Origin: Tubiluchus corallicola
Taxonomy: Eukaryota > Animalia > Priapulida
Assembly (NCBI GenBank): GCA_030141605.1
Contig: JAQGDQ010000907.1
Location: 1-64,000 of the forward strand
Reading direction: 5' to 3'
DNA length: 64,000 bases
A program made the translations under genes and the position numbers. Under the pieces are notes generated by a model. It was not told the origin of the DNA and did no database searches. It saw only the letters and a program-made list of their open reading frames with translations. Each line of letters begins with the position of its first letter. The first letter of the stretch is position 1. Below, one piece after another: positions 41,901 to 52,903 of the stretch.

Positions 41901-43721
41901 ATGAGAGGATTCATAAAATATCTTAAGTGCTATATGCCATCGTACTATGGCTATGTTTGGTTGAGTATACTATTCAACCTTCTTGGAGCTATATTTGGGG
42001 CATTTTCGTTTGTAGCATTAAGCCCGGTATTGGGAATTTTATTTGGTACACAGGAGACTGTTGAGCATTCGGTGGAGTGGGCTTTTTCTGTAGACAGCAT
42101 AAAGAAAAACTTGTATTATCTTATAAGTGAAGTGATTAGAACTGAGGGTAGGCATAAGGCTCTGCTGTACATCAATATTTTTATTGTTATTGCTGTTTTT
42201 TTTAAGGTTGGCTTTGCTTATGTGGCCGATGTTGTTACCGTACCAATAAGGAACGGCATATCGAGAGATATGAGAAATCGTATATATAAGAAGGTGTTAT
42301 CGCTTCCTATGGGTTTCTTTTCGGAGGCAAAGAAAGGTGATATTATTGCAAGAATGGCCAATGATGTGTCGGAGGTTGAACGTTCCATTATAGATTCTCT
42401 GAAGATGCTGTTTAAGAACCCTATGCTTATATTGATCTCTCTGGCAGCAATGTTTATAATGTCCTGGTCTTTGACCCTTTTTGTCCTTTTATTGCTGCCT
42501 TTGGTTGGATACTTTATTGGCAGAGTGGGTAAAAGCCTTAAAAAGCCATCCGGGAGGGGACAGAAAAAAATGGGTGTTTTACTTTCTATAACAGAGGAGT
42601 CGATCTCTGGCCTCCGTATAGTAAAAGCTTTCAATGCGGAGGATAAAATGAACACGCGATTTCGCAAAGAGAATACTTTATATTACAATATTATGAATAA
42701 GCTGTTGTGGCGGCAGCTTTTAGCTCAACCTATGAGTGAGCTTCTGGGGACAATAGTAATAGTTATTGTATTGTGGTATGGAGGACGCCTGGTGATAGAT
42801 GCGCAGAGCGGGCTTTCAGCTCAGGGGTTTATTACTTATCTAGTCTTTTTTTACAGTATTATTTCTCCATCAAAAGCGTTTTCAACAGCTATTTATTCTA
42901 TTAACAAGGGGTTGGCCTCGGTAGAGCGCATTGATGAGGTCATGAATGCGAAAAACAATATAAAAAATAAAGATAATGCTTTGCCTGTAACGGGTTTTAA
43001 TAAGGAGATAGAATATAGAAATGTCTCTTTTAGTTATGGTTCTACTAATGTGTTGAAAGATATAAATCTTACAATTCCCAAAGGTAGTACTATTGCCCTG
43101 GTGGGAAGCTCGGGATCTGGCAAGTCAACTTTTGTAGATCTGTTACCACGTTTTTGGGATGTGACGGATGGGCAGATCCTTATAGATGGGAAAGATATAA
43201 GGGAGCTTGATATAGCTGGGCTAAGAGGGCTGATGGGTAACGTAAACCAGGAGCCCATTTTATTTAATGATAGTTTTTACAATAATATAACTTTTGGTGT
43301 TGACAGCGTTGCCCAGGACGAGGTGGAGGCAGCAGCAACAGTTGCTAATGCTCACGAGTTTATTACTACAACACGGGATGGATACTTTTCTGGCATAGGA
43401 GACCGTGGGGCAAAATTGTCTGGAGGGCAGCGCCAGCGAATATCTGTGGCCAGAGCTGTGTTAAAAAACCCTCCGATTATGATTTTGGACGAGGCGACAT
43501 CCGCTCTTGATACAGAGTCTGAGAGGCTGGTGCAGAAGGCCCTGGAGAATCTTATGAAAAATCGTACATCTATTGTGATAGCGCACCGCTTATCAACAAT
43601 AAAAAGCGCGGATAAAATATGTGTTTTTAGTGAGGGCCGGATAGTTGAGAGTGGTACACACGAAGAGCTGTTGAAGCTTGGTGGTGCATATAAAAGACTA
43701 CACACAATACAGAGCTTTTAG
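41901..43721 (+). CDS. ABC transporter permease/ATPase fusion (MsbA-like)
   Basis: Transmembrane domain followed by GSSGSGKST, LSGGQRQR, ILDEATSALD and IAHRLST. Confidence 0.92.
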   Translation: MRGFIKYLKCYMPSYYGYVWLSILFNLLGAIFGAFSFVALSPVLGILFGTQETVEHSVEWAFSVDSIKKNLYYLISEVIRTEGRHKALLYINIFIVIAVFFKVGFAYVADVVTVPIRNGISRDMRNRIYKKVLSLPMGFFSEAKKGDIIARMANDVSEVERSIIDSLKMLFKNPMLILISLAAMFIMSWSLTLFVLLLLPLVGYFIGRVGKSLKKPSGRGQKKMGVLLSITEESISGLRIVKAFNAEDKMNTRFRKENTLYYNIMNKLLWRQLLAQPMSELLGTIVIVIVLWYGGRLVIDAQSGLSAQGFITYLVFFYSIISPSKAFSTAIYSINKGLASVERIDEVMNAKNNIKNKDNALPVTGFNKEIEYRNVSFSYGSTNVLKDINLTIPKGSTIALVGSSGSGKSTFVDLLPRFWDVTDGQILIDGKDIRELDIAGLRGLMGNVNQEPILFNDSFYNNITFGVDSVAQDEVEAAATVANAHEFITTTRDGYFSGIGDRGAKLSGGQRQRISVARAVLKNPPIMILDEATSALDTESERLVQKALENLMKNRTSIVIAHRLSTIKSADKICVFSEGRIVESGTHEELLKLGGAYKRLHTIQSF

Positions 43722-44152
43722 GGTGTGAGAAGAGCTCTGCAAGCTTAATATTTTTGTTGTATATATCTGTTATTAAGAATTGACAACTAAAGCTAATAAT
43801 ATGGAAGAAGTAAAAATGGGTAATGGTAATATTTTAGGTATTGAAAGAAAATATTATGAATACTTTTTTGGAAGTCGAAAGGACTATTATATTCCCCGGC
43901 TTGTTGATTTTGAGAATGGGAAAAAGTATTCATTTAATGTTAGTGCTTTTTTCCTTGGAGTGTTTTGGTTCATTAACAGACGTCTATACAAACATGCACT
44001 TTTAATTTCCTGCTTTCTTATAATTGAAACATTTATTGAGGACTGGATAATTGAAAAATACGGTATCTCAGATAATTTTCAGATTTTAATGTCCCTGTTC
44101 TTGATGGTTGGTTGCATAATTTTATTTGGAATAACTGCTAATTACTTTTTCT

Positions 44153-45509
44153 CAATAGTTCGTTAAACATTTACATAAATATCTGACAATCAATAAAATA
44201 AATGTTGAAAAAATTAGGATAATCCCCCTGATAATCAGTATCTTAAAGTTGTTTTTGACCGACAATTTTAGACATGATTATCAAGGAAATATCAAGATAT
44301 AAAGATCAGGTAAAAATGATTTTAAACCAAATGGAAGGAATAAATAAGTGGCAATTCGATTTTATGCTAGACATCTTCGGACTATTTCTTAGTATCAAAG
44401 GAAAGATGAACTTTTTTCAATTTGGTAGATATGGAAATCACTGTGAGCAACGTTATAGATATCAATTTGAAAAAGGGTTTGATTTTATGACTTTTAACAA
44501 AGAGTCGGTAATCCATTACGCAAGCAACCATCAAGCCATAGCCTTTGATCCAAGCTATATAAGCAAGTCAGGAAAGCATACATCTGGGGCTGGTTACTTT
44601 TGGTCAGGATGTGCCGGCAAAACAAAATGGGGCTTAGAGATTGCAGGAATAGCAGCCGTTGATATTGATAATCATACAGCTTTTCATTTAGAAGCTATTC
44701 AAACCCCTAATAATCTTGAAGCAGAAAGTCTGGTTGATCATTACGCAAATGTTTTGATTCAACGCAAGGACAATCTGTTATGTGTATCAAAATACGTTTT
44801 GGCAGATGCCTATTTTTCAAAGAATAAGTTTGTAACCAAGCTTTGCGAAAATGGATTTGAAGTGATTAGTCGCCTGAGAGATGATGCTAACTTACAATAC
44901 AAATTTTATGGTCAGCAAAAAGCTGGTAGAGGAAGACCTAGAAAATATGAAGGAAAGATTGACTTTGATAATTTAAAATCAAAATATTTTGAATGCTTTG
45001 AGCAAAACGAAAAATGCAAAATATACGGAGCAACAGTTTATGCAAAATCATTAAAACGAGATGTTAATCTTGTTGTTGTTTTTACAAAAGGAACATCCCG
45101 AAAGTGGTCTCACAAGTTATACTTCTCTACTGATTTGCAAATGAAAGCCGAGACGATTCTTGAATATTATCAAGCCAGATTCCAGATTGAGTTCATTTAC
45201 AGAGATGCAAAACAATATACCGGATTGAAAGACTGTCAGGCAAGAAGTGAAAATAAATTACATTTTCATTTTAATGCGTCTCTTACTGCAGTCAATTTGG
45301 CTAAGATTAACCACTGGTTAGCTATACCAAAAATCAATAGAAATGCTTTTTCTATGGCCGATATAAAAACAATGTATCACAATGAATTACTGCTAAATAG
45401 ATTTTTTAGCGTGTTCGCGGTGAGACCAAACTTAACCAAAAACAAATCCAAAATCAGAGAATTAATAACTTACGGCACTATCGCTGCATGATTATTTAAC
45501 GAACTATTG
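44153..45509 (+). mobile_element. Intact insertion sequence, 1357 bp (IS4/IS701-like DDE)
   Basis: Perfect 15-bp inverted repeats CAATAGTTCGTTAAA (44153-44167 and 45495-45509); 6-bp target duplication TTTTCT (44147-44152 and 45510-45515). Confidence 0.93.
44274..45491 (+). CDS. DDE transposase
   Basis: AFDPSYISKSGKHT, LADAYFS, ISRLRDDANL, GRGRPRKY and YQARFQIEFIYRDAKQ (Y-R-E-K type signature). Confidence 0.93.
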   Translation: MIIKEISRYKDQVKMILNQMEGINKWQFDFMLDIFGLFLSIKGKMNFFQFGRYGNHCEQRYRYQFEKGFDFMTFNKESVIHYASNHQAIAFDPSYISKSGKHTSGAGYFWSGCAGKTKWGLEIAGIAAVDIDNHTAFHLEAIQTPNNLEAESLVDHYANVLIQRKDNLLCVSKYVLADAYFSKNKFVTKLCENGFEVISRLRDDANLQYKFYGQQKAGRGRPRKYEGKIDFDNLKSKYFECFEQNEKCKIYGATVYAKSLKRDVNLVVVFTKGTSRKWSHKLYFSTDLQMKAETILEYYQARFQIEFIYRDAKQYTGLKDCQARSENKLHFHFNASLTAVNLAKINHWLAIPKINRNAFSMADIKTMYHNELLLNRFFSVFAVRPNLTKNKSKIRELITYGTIAA

Positions 45510-45782
45510 TTTTCTTAAAATACTCTTATAAAAAAGTTTTTGATATAATAGGATCAACAAATGATGAAGTAATTAAAATAGAAAAGCTCCGGAAGGCTGG
45601 GAGCAACAATTGGATTTTGGCAATAATTACTTTAATGATTTTACTTTTATTGATTTTTGCAAGTGGATCGGTATAGTATAAAAAGAAAAGCGGGCTACAG
45701 TAGCGTATATAAATAACTGCTGTATCATAGGGTGGAGCACTACTTCAGTAGTGTTTGAAAGACACTTTGTGAAACAGTGTCG

Positions 45783-46730
45783 TCAATATAGGACAAAGTT
45801 GTATCTTATAGTTCCTTTTTGAAAGGCCGGAGCATTCTCGTCAGTATTGAACCGTACAGATTCAGCCGCTTTTTTTGCCGCATTTAACAGGTTTGCATCC
45901 AGTGTTGTTGATCCTCTTACTCCAGGGTTAGCTTTTGTAACCTTTCCATATTTGTCAACAGTAATCTCCACGACTACTACTCCTCCTTCGTTTCCTGCAA
46001 ATTCGGGCTTTGGTAGTTGTGTCGCCTTTCTTCCTTCAAGACTATAGGATACTCCATCTCCTGCCCCTCCTGTACCATAACGGTTTGCCCCCTGTGTTCC
46101 GCTGGGGCTGCCTTGATTACCAGGTTCATGTCCTACACCGTGTCCACTGCCTGTCTTTCCGTCATCTGTTGCTTGTTCACTACTAAAAGCATTTTTGATG
46201 CGAGAGTTTATGTCATCTATTTTTTTCTGTTCTTCCGCCTTTTTTCTCCTTTCTTCCTCCTCTCTTTTTTGCCTTTCTTCCTCTTCTCTTTTTCGCTTTT
46301 CTTCTTCTTCTCTTTGCTCCCTTTCAAGTTCAGCTGCACGTTCTTTTCGCTCTTTTTCAAGTTGCGCTTGCCGAGCTGCCTCTATTTTTTCTTCATCCTC
46401 CTTTTTTTTGCCTGTATCAATAGCAACGCTCTCTTCAAAGTCCTGTGTGATAAGCTCTTTTTTTTCTTCATTGGTTGATGTTGCCGGAGGTTGTTGGGTA
46501 GGAGTGGTGGGTGTGGGTGTGGGCTCCTCTCTTACGCTGTGTGATCTTTGCTTTGTCACAGTACTCCTATTTGAGCCTACCGGGGAGTTGCCAAATTCAA
46601 CAAGTATGCCCTCCTCCTCAGGCAGAGGGAGTGGGGTAACAAATCCCAGAGCCATAAGGATTATAGCTATAACAGTATGATAAAGTACTGCTGCTATTAT
46701 GCCTCTACTATTCTTTTCAGAATTTATCAT
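45783..46730 (-). CDS. TonB/TolA-like energy transducer
   Basis: N-terminal anchor with His, Pro/Thr-rich then Glu/Arg/Lys coiled coil, and a TonB C-terminal domain (GVVVVEITVD..GKV). Confidence 0.85.
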   Translation of the reverse strand: MINSEKNSRGIIAAVLYHTVIAIILMALGFVTPLPLPEEEGILVEFGNSPVGSNRSTVTKQRSHSVREEPTPTPTTPTQQPPATSTNEEKKELITQDFEESVAIDTGKKKEDEEKIEAARQAQLEKERKERAAELEREQREEEEKRKREEEERQKREEEERRKKAEEQKKIDDINSRIKNAFSSEQATDDGKTGSGHGVGHEPGNQGSPSGTQGANRYGTGGAGDGVSYSLEGRKATQLPKPEFAGNEGGVVVVEITVDKYGKVTKANPGVRGSTTLDANLLNAAKKAAESVRFNTDENAPAFQKGTIRYNFVLY

Positions 46731-46755
46731 CTGGATCTGGTTAAAATTTGACCCG

Positions 46756-47166
46756 TCACTTTTGCAATGGGCTGGTCGCCAATATCATTTTGTATTTATT
46801 GCGTTTGGCTATATTCATAATCTTCACCACCTCTTCAATGGGAACAGACTTTTCAGCATGCAGGGAAATAAAAACATCTGAGTTATCTTTAAGTGTCCCG
46901 TGTAAATATGGCTCTATTTCATTGAAGCTGACATTAAGCAGCTTTCCCTGTTCGTTGATATAGTACTTCAGGTCTTTGGTTATAGATATAGTGGTTATAG
47001 GTTTTGCATTGACCTGGTTATTGCTTTGAGGTAACAGTAACTTTAATGCGTTAGGGCTTATAAGCGTTGATGTTACCATAAAAAATATGAGCAGAAGAAA
47101 AACAATATCAGTCATTGACGACATGCTAAACCCTGAGTTGACCTTGTTTCTTTTTCGTAAAGCCAT
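46756..47166 (-). CDS. exbD: Biopolymer transporter ExbD
   Basis: MSSMTDIVFLLLIFFM. Confidence 0.93.
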   Translation of the reverse strand: MALRKRNKVNSGFSMSSMTDIVFLLLIFFMVTSTLISPNALKLLLPQSNNQVNAKPITTISITKDLKYYINEQGKLLNVSFNEIEPYLHGTLKDNSDVFISLHAEKSVPIEEVVKIMNIAKRNKYKMILATSPLQK

Positions 47167-47179
47167 TTTTAATTAAATT

Positions 47180-47884
47180 CTATTTTGCTGGTTCATGCAA
47201 CAGATCCATAAATTCAGATGTTGCTGCTTCCATTTTAAATACTACAGTTTCTACTTTTGCTACCAATATATTATAGGCAAAGTATGCAACAATTCCGACA
47301 GTCAGGCCTGCAACGGTTGTGACCATGGCCTGGTAGATACCACTGGATAGTAGGGAGACATCAACATTACTTCCGGCATTTGACATATCGTAAAAAGCCT
47401 GTACCATCCCTATCACTGTCCCCAAAAAACCGATCATTGGAGCTCCACCAGAGACACTGGCAAGTGTTGGCAACCCTTTCTCCAGTTTTGAGATTTCAAG
47501 GTTTCCCACATTCTCTATGGCTGCATTAACATCTCTCAATGGCCTGCCTATCCTGGAAATCCCCTTTTCAAGCATTCTTGCTGCGGGAGTATTATTTGAA
47601 CGACATAGCGATATTGCCGCATCAATATTTCCGGTATGAATATTATCTTTTATCCTGTCAATGAAATAGGAGTCAATTTTTGAGGCCTTTTTAACAGCGT
47701 AGTACCTATTCACAAAGATATAAACCGCTATAAACGATAAGATCACAATGGGTGCCATTATCCACCCTCCTTTTAAAAACAGCTCCCAGAACTTGATCCC
47801 TATAGCTCCTTCAGATGCCTGTGCCAAGTTTTCGGCAACATCTGTAACGACTCTGTTGCCCTGTATCAGTAAGTATTTAAACAT
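47180..47884 (-). CDS. exbB: MotA/TolQ/ExbB proton channel protein
   Basis: GGWIM, APMIGFLGTVIGMV and AMVTTVAGL. Confidence 0.92.
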   Translation of the reverse strand: MFKYLLIQGNRVVTDVAENLAQASEGAIGIKFWELFLKGGWIMAPIVILSFIAVYIFVNRYYAVKKASKIDSYFIDRIKDNIHTGNIDAAISLCRSNNTPAARMLEKGISRIGRPLRDVNAAIENVGNLEISKLEKGLPTLASVSGGAPMIGFLGTVIGMVQAFYDMSNAGSNVDVSLLSSGIYQAMVTTVAGLTVGIVAYFAYNILVAKVETVVFKMEAATSEFMDLLHEPAK

Positions 47885-47919
47885 AAAGTTAAATCTATTA
47901 GTTTTTTATAAATTAATGC

Positions 47920-48059
47920 GAGAGCTTTGTGAAGCTTACCTTTTTACTAATATTAATTTGCCAAAAGCCTCTCCAAAATTTTTATTATATATTAATAACC
48001 TGCGGTTTTCATCAATCTTTTTTTGCCCGAGTCAAAGCCTTTTGTCCTGCAGAGGCCTC
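47920..48059. repeat. Degenerate intergenic MITE-like repeat copy
   Basis: GAGAGCTTTGTGAAG...TTTTTACTAATATT...CCTCTCCAA...CTGCGGTTTTCATC...CTGCAGAGGCCTC. Confidence 0.7.
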
Positions 48060-48180
48060 AAAGTGTTAAAACCTGCAGCTTTTTTTAGGCAAAAAACTTT
48101 TGATGCAAAAATAAGCACTAAAGTAAAATATTAAAACTTTAATGTTTATTATATAATCTAAGCGTAAAATATTTTGTGCC

Positions 48181-51100
48181 TTATTCTGCATCTATTGTCA
48201 TGTTGGGTTCGCTCTCTTCTTCCACAACCGAATTTTTCTGTTTATTTTTTTTTGCCTTTTTTCGCTCCCTCTCTTTTTTACGTCTGTCACTTCTCTCCGC
48301 ACGGCGTTTCTTTAAGTCCTTTAAGTTATCAAACTCTTCTCTAAAAGAGACACCAACACCCTGTGTATATGGTGAAGTGTTGTATCCCAGCCCTTCGTTG
48401 GAGTGGTTGTACGCTTTCAGTTGCACTCTGCCGCTTTTGTCAAGTTTGAGAAAAAACTCCACCTCTCCGACCACCTCGTTGGCTGTGCTTTGCTGGTATG
48501 CCTTATTGCCAATATTCCCACTTACTACCAGTCTGTTATCAAATACCTGGGTTCTCAATGCAAATTCAACTTCGCGGCCACTAACATCGTCGCCTGGACG
48601 ATAGTTAACTCCAACATCAATGTCATCACTTATCTGAGACAGAAGGCTGGAAACCTGGCTGGATATCATCTCTGATGTTGTATATCCCAATATATTAGCA
48701 TTTGTTGATTCAAAGTCAGGGTTTCCGCGCAGATATTCAGGGGTGTAAAACTTACCTGTTACAATAAGGGCGAGCATTTGTTGGTTAACATCATCTTGTG
48801 TACTTATGTATTGGCGCACCTTGTCTTTTGTCCTTTCATCGGCAGAAGGGAAGTCAATGCCAAACTTCATAATCGGATTAAACAGGTTGTGCGATAGATT
48901 TACTTTACATTCTACCTGTACTTTATCGGTATTGCTATTTCCGCTATCCTGAGACTCCAACAGTAATTCATAAAGAGAAGCTCGTGTGTTGTAAATAGCA
49001 TTCATATCAATAGTTGCGTCATTAGGATCTCCATTCCACGAAATTGCTCCCCCCCCTTCCAGTTCAAACTTTTTACGAAGTATATCTCTAAGTGATAAAG
49101 TGTAGTGGCCTGAAGTAACTTCATAGTCGCCATATACAAGAAGTTTGTTATCCTCGCCGTACTCTAATCTCATACTGCCATTTCCGCGTCCTCTGAGTAC
49201 CCCTCCTGTGTTTGCACCAAATACAATGCGCATTTGCGCATCGGAAGTAACGTCCATATTTAATATCATATCAAATCCACCTTTAACCTCCTCTTCAATT
49301 ACGGGGTAATTATCGACGACAGGGTCTTCTGCGGATGTGAATTTTAAAAAGTCGTATTTAGCTGCATGCCCTGACTCTCCAGGATATAGTGTTATTCCGG
49401 TCCCGCTTTCAGATCTTAGTGCCATCTCTAGCTTTATATCTTTTTTCTCCCCACTAATTTTCATGTTTCCAGAGGCATTCACCTTTCCATAAAAAAGTTT
49501 GTTATTTTTTGCGCTGGTGTTTAGTGCAAGAATACGGTCTGTCTCGATATTCATGTTGTACACCATATCAGAAAATAAATGATGCTTGATGCTGCCCTTA
49601 AACAGGCTAATGTTATCGTCTTCATCAGTAATAAGTATATCTTTAAACAGGATTGAATCGTTCGAAAAAAATATTGTGTCAGAAAACAGAAATGAAGTAT
49701 TGGTATAAGCTATGCCAATATTCCCTTTATCTACATAAACCCCCCCGTCTATATTGAGAGAGTCTTTTGTGCCTGAGACGATCAATTTACCATAACCTTT
49801 TCCTCCTACGCCACTGCTGAATTTTTTCAGTACAGCGTAGAGGGTTTCCATTGGGAAAGCTGAAAAGTCGGCTTCGTAATATACTTGTCCGTCTTGAGGA
49901 AAAACTTTCCCCTCGATACTCAGCTTCTCTCTATTGTCGTCTAAGAGTTTTATAGATGATATCAAAGCATCATTGTCTTTATCCCAGATGTTGTTCAGAA
50001 CAATATCTCCTATTTCCTCTTCTCTAAAGCGAGCTTTTTCTATAGTAAGCTCACTTGTTACTATCAATTCACCATATATACCCAAGACATTAAGCTCTCC
50101 GTTTAATATGCCATCAAACTCGGTATCTTTACTTGATAGTGTGTTTAGCCTTGATATCTGTATATTGTTAAATAATACGCTCAGTTTGTCATTGTTTGAT
50201 CTGGACACCATGCCTTTGATCTGAAGGCTCTCTTTTTCATGGCTGAGTGCAAAGCTATCTACCGCAATTGAAGTGGGGTAGACATGTATGGAGCCTTTGT
50301 TTATCTGCCAAAGTGAGTCGGCTATCCATATATTTGTAGGTTCAATCAAGATATCTGCTGAATGGGTTCCTGTTAAAGAGTTTTTTGACAGCGCTGCTAC
50401 ACCTTCTATTTTTCCTCTGTAGGTTACTTCATCACTGTTACCCCATGCTACCGACACCGCCAAACTATCGTTAGCAGACACCTTATTTAGTGCCAGATTT
50501 TCGATTTCAGTAGAGTTGTTAATTAACACTTTATCAGCTATTGAACGGAAGTGCCATTTGTTTTCGGTGTTCCATGAGCGAAAGTTTACTCCTGTAAACA
50601 AGTTATTTCTATATCTAATGTTAGGAGTTGAGCCATCAAAAACGATATGTTTGTTCTTCATGTCAAACTTACCATTAAGTCTTACAGGTTCGATTACTAT
50701 AAAGTCGGAAAATAGTAACGAGGTTAGCTTTCTGGATTGTTTGACATTAATATCGAAGGAGAATACACTTTTAGCCTTGCTTGCTGCTTCTCCGGGACCT
50801 GGAAGGTTGGCTGAAGGCAAAAAGCTATGAATATGGTTCATTGTTTCTGATGCAAGGTTTTTTAGCACATATTCTCCCTCCAAGTCAGCATCAATGAGTT
50901 CAGAGCGTATTTTTATTTTTCTGTCCTGGCCGGTGTGTGCTATGGAGATGTCAATGCTATCTGTGTCAAAAGTTTTTTCTCCTCTTACAACGTTTACTTT
51001 ATCAAAGCGAATCACCCCGTCTATGTCATCAATATAGTTCCCTGCAATATCCACTTTCAACCCAAATGACATGTTTGAGTTACGGTGCTCTTCGTCAATA

Positions 51101-52734
51101 TCAAGCACAAAGAGGTTTGCGTGTCCTACCTGCACGGCTAAGTCAAGTACAGGCTTTTTATTGTTCATATCTGCTTTCCCCGCAAAGAGCATATTTAGGT
51201 ACTCATTTTCGATACCAACTCCCCATTCATAGATGTTATCCTCCAGATGGCTGTTTAGATGCACAGGCCCCATTTCGTAGCCATTATAGAATACACTGTT
51301 AGCTATGCCATTAATCACAATATTGAAATTGCCGTCATTTAGCCTAATACCCTCCAGGTTTATGTGGGATGTAGCTTCATCAAGTTTTTCAATACCAAGG
51401 AACTTCCCAATATTGAAACAGTCGGTGGAAAGAGAGCCCCTAAAAGTTGCTCTTCCTGCATCATCATATTTTGCTGTTGCATGTGTGGTTATTTGTCCTA
51501 ATGCTCCGCCTGCCACTCCATATGCTTCAAAGTCTGAAGGAAATCCGCTAGCCGACCACTTATATGTTAAAGTAGTTCCGTCATTAAGCGAGTCTGGGAT
51601 TTTAATGTGCTTGCTATCAAAGCTATCAGGAAGCCTTATTGAGCATATATCGCGAAAGTCAAGTGTATTATCTTCGCTACTAAGGTAGAAAAATGATTGT
51701 TCCCAGTCAGGTAGCCCTTTAACCTCTAAATCGGCATTAAGTTGAGTGGCATTGCCCAGCCTGATGCTGAAGTCGTTAATTTTAAAATCGTCTATTGTTC
51801 CGTGTAAATCGCCTGAAAGAGCGATGTCTCCACCCAGTCCCTTTAAGTCCGGTACTAGTAAGGCTATATCGTTAAATGAAATTGTTGACTTGGCTATGTT
51901 AGCGCTCATATTAAAGTCACCCAGTTTCTCAAACAGGGCACTGTCAGATATTTTATCTAAAATTAGTGTGTCTACAGGTGATGTCCGGGGAGACAGACTA
52001 ACTTGGGGAATTACGATTTTTGATGAATCTGTTTGAAGTATAAAGTCCGCCATCTCCATCTCCATTTCTAGTGGGCCTACCGAGCCGTTAAATGAAATCT
52101 CACTGATATGGAGTCCGCTTTTATCAATAAACGAAAAATTTTCTACACGAAATGTTGTTGCCGTGTCACTCTCCCAAACATCTTTTAGAGAGAAGTTAAA
52201 ATCGGTAATAGCTATATCATTGAGGTTTAACCCTTGCTCCGGGGAGGTGTGGTTATCCTCATCGATATAATTGAAAGAGGATTTTTTTAGATGCACGCTA
52301 TTGAATGAGATTTTCCACGGCCTAATCGTATCTACCTCTATTTTGCTAATCGAATCGATTAGAAACTGAATGTTTAGCTTGTTAGAATTGGTTCTCAGAT
52401 TTATTATGGCATCCTGAAGATATATGTCTCTGAAATGAACAAATCGTTTTCTAATTTTTAATGTATTGATACTTGCTTTTACATTTGCCGCAAAAATTAA
52501 AGTGTCAGATGATTGATCTTCAATAAGGATATCTTCGAGTACAATTTTGTCAATCAGGGATATGTTCACTCCACCTACTGTAACATTAGCTCCCAGCGTT
52601 TCTGACAGCCTCCCGGTAAACCATTGAGCAACTTTTGTTTGCACACGGGTACTCCTGAAAGCCACGTATGCACTCATCATCACCAGTATCAGTGCCGAGA
52701 CAATAATTAATAATATTTTGTACCTTTTTTTGAT
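48181..52734 (-). CDS. tamB: Translocation/assembly module TamB (start uncertain)
   Basis: About 1500 aa, beta-rich, with C-terminal GDP..A..D..AIY and YTQGVGVSFREEF. The frame and hydrophobic anchor extend upstream of the GTG at 52683. Divergent from tsaD. Confidence 0.85.
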   Translation of the reverse strand: MKKRYKILLIIVSALILVMMSAYVAFRSTRVQTKVAQWFTGRLSETLGANVTVGGVNISLIDKIVLEDILIEDQSSDTLIFAANVKASINTLKIRKRFVHFRDIYLQDAIINLRTNSNKLNIQFLIDSISKIEVDTIRPWKISFNSVHLKKSSFNYIDEDNHTSPEQGLNLNDIAITDFNFSLKDVWESDTATTFRVENFSFIDKSGLHISEISFNGSVGPLEMEMEMADFILQTDSSKIVIPQVSLSPRTSPVDTLILDKISDSALFEKLGDFNMSANIAKSTISFNDIALLVPDLKGLGGDIALSGDLHGTIDDFKINDFSIRLGNATQLNADLEVKGLPDWEQSFFYLSSEDNTLDFRDICSIRLPDSFDSKHIKIPDSLNDGTTLTYKWSASGFPSDFEAYGVAGGALGQITTHATAKYDDAGRATFRGSLSTDCFNIGKFLGIEKLDEATSHINLEGIRLNDGNFNIVINGIANSVFYNGYEMGPVHLNSHLEDNIYEWGVGIENEYLNMLFAGKADMNNKKPVLDLAVQVGHANLFVLDIDEEHRNSNMSFGLKVDIAGNYIDDIDGVIRFDKVNVVRGEKTFDTDSIDISIAHTGQDRKIKIRSELIDADLEGEYVLKNLASETMNHIHSFLPSANLPGPGEAASKAKSVFSFDINVKQSRKLTSLLFSDFIVIEPVRLNGKFDMKNKHIVFDGSTPNIRYRNNLFTGVNFRSWNTENKWHFRSIADKVLINNSTEIENLALNKVSANDSLAVSVAWGNSDEVTYRGKIEGVAALSKNSLTGTHSADILIEPTNIWIADSLWQINKGSIHVYPTSIAVDSFALSHEKESLQIKGMVSRSNNDKLSVLFNNIQISRLNTLSSKDTEFDGILNGELNVLGIYGELIVTSELTIEKARFREEEIGDIVLNNIWDKDNDALISSIKLLDDNREKLSIEGKVFPQDGQVYYEADFSAFPMETLYAVLKKFSSGVGGKGYGKLIVSGTKDSLNIDGGVYVDKGNIGIAYTNTSFLFSDTIFFSNDSILFKDILITDEDDNISLFKGSIKHHLFSDMVYNMNIETDRILALNTSAKNNKLFYGKVNASGNMKISGEKKDIKLEMALRSESGTGITLYPGESGHAAKYDFLKFTSAEDPVVDNYPVIEEEVKGGFDMILNMDVTSDAQMRIVFGANTGGVLRGRGNGSMRLEYGEDNKLLVYGDYEVTSGHYTLSLRDILRKKFELEGGGAISWNGDPNDATIDMNAIYNTRASLYELLLESQDSGNSNTDKVQVECKVNLSHNLFNPIMKFGIDFPSADERTKDKVRQYISTQDDVNQQMLALIVTGKFYTPEYLRGNPDFESTNANILGYTTSEMISSQVSSLLSQISDDIDVGVNYRPGDDVSGREVEFALRTQVFDNRLVVSGNIGNKAYQQSTANEVVGEVEFFLKLDKSGRVQLKAYNHSNEGLGYNTSPYTQGVGVSFREEFDNLKDLKKRRAERSDRRKKERERKKAKKNKQKNSVVEEESEPNMTIDAE

Positions 52735-52903
52735 ATTTTTCCACCTTAAAAGCAGCGGCCGGTCTGCTTTGTGTTTGCTTAACTCCCGCTAAATTTACTA
52801 TAATTTTTGATGCATATGTTTTTTCAGAGTGTTAGTTTGGTAGTCCTAACAATAAAACTAAAGCAAAAAAAGTGCCATAAAAAAGAAACGGATATTAGCG
52901 TAA

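Larger units (their letters stand above)
43801..45676 (+). pseudogene. DUF2628-like membrane protein gene interrupted by an IS
   Basis: SFNVSAFFLGVFWFINRRLY motif. Removing the IS and one TTTTCT copy restores ...ANYFFLKYSYKKV...KLRKAGSNNWILAII...GSV* ending at 45676. Confidence 0.85.

Noticed and set aside
46017-46680. Long antisense ORFs over the TonB-like gene
   Set aside because: Low-complexity shadows of the Glu/Lys/Arg-rich coil.
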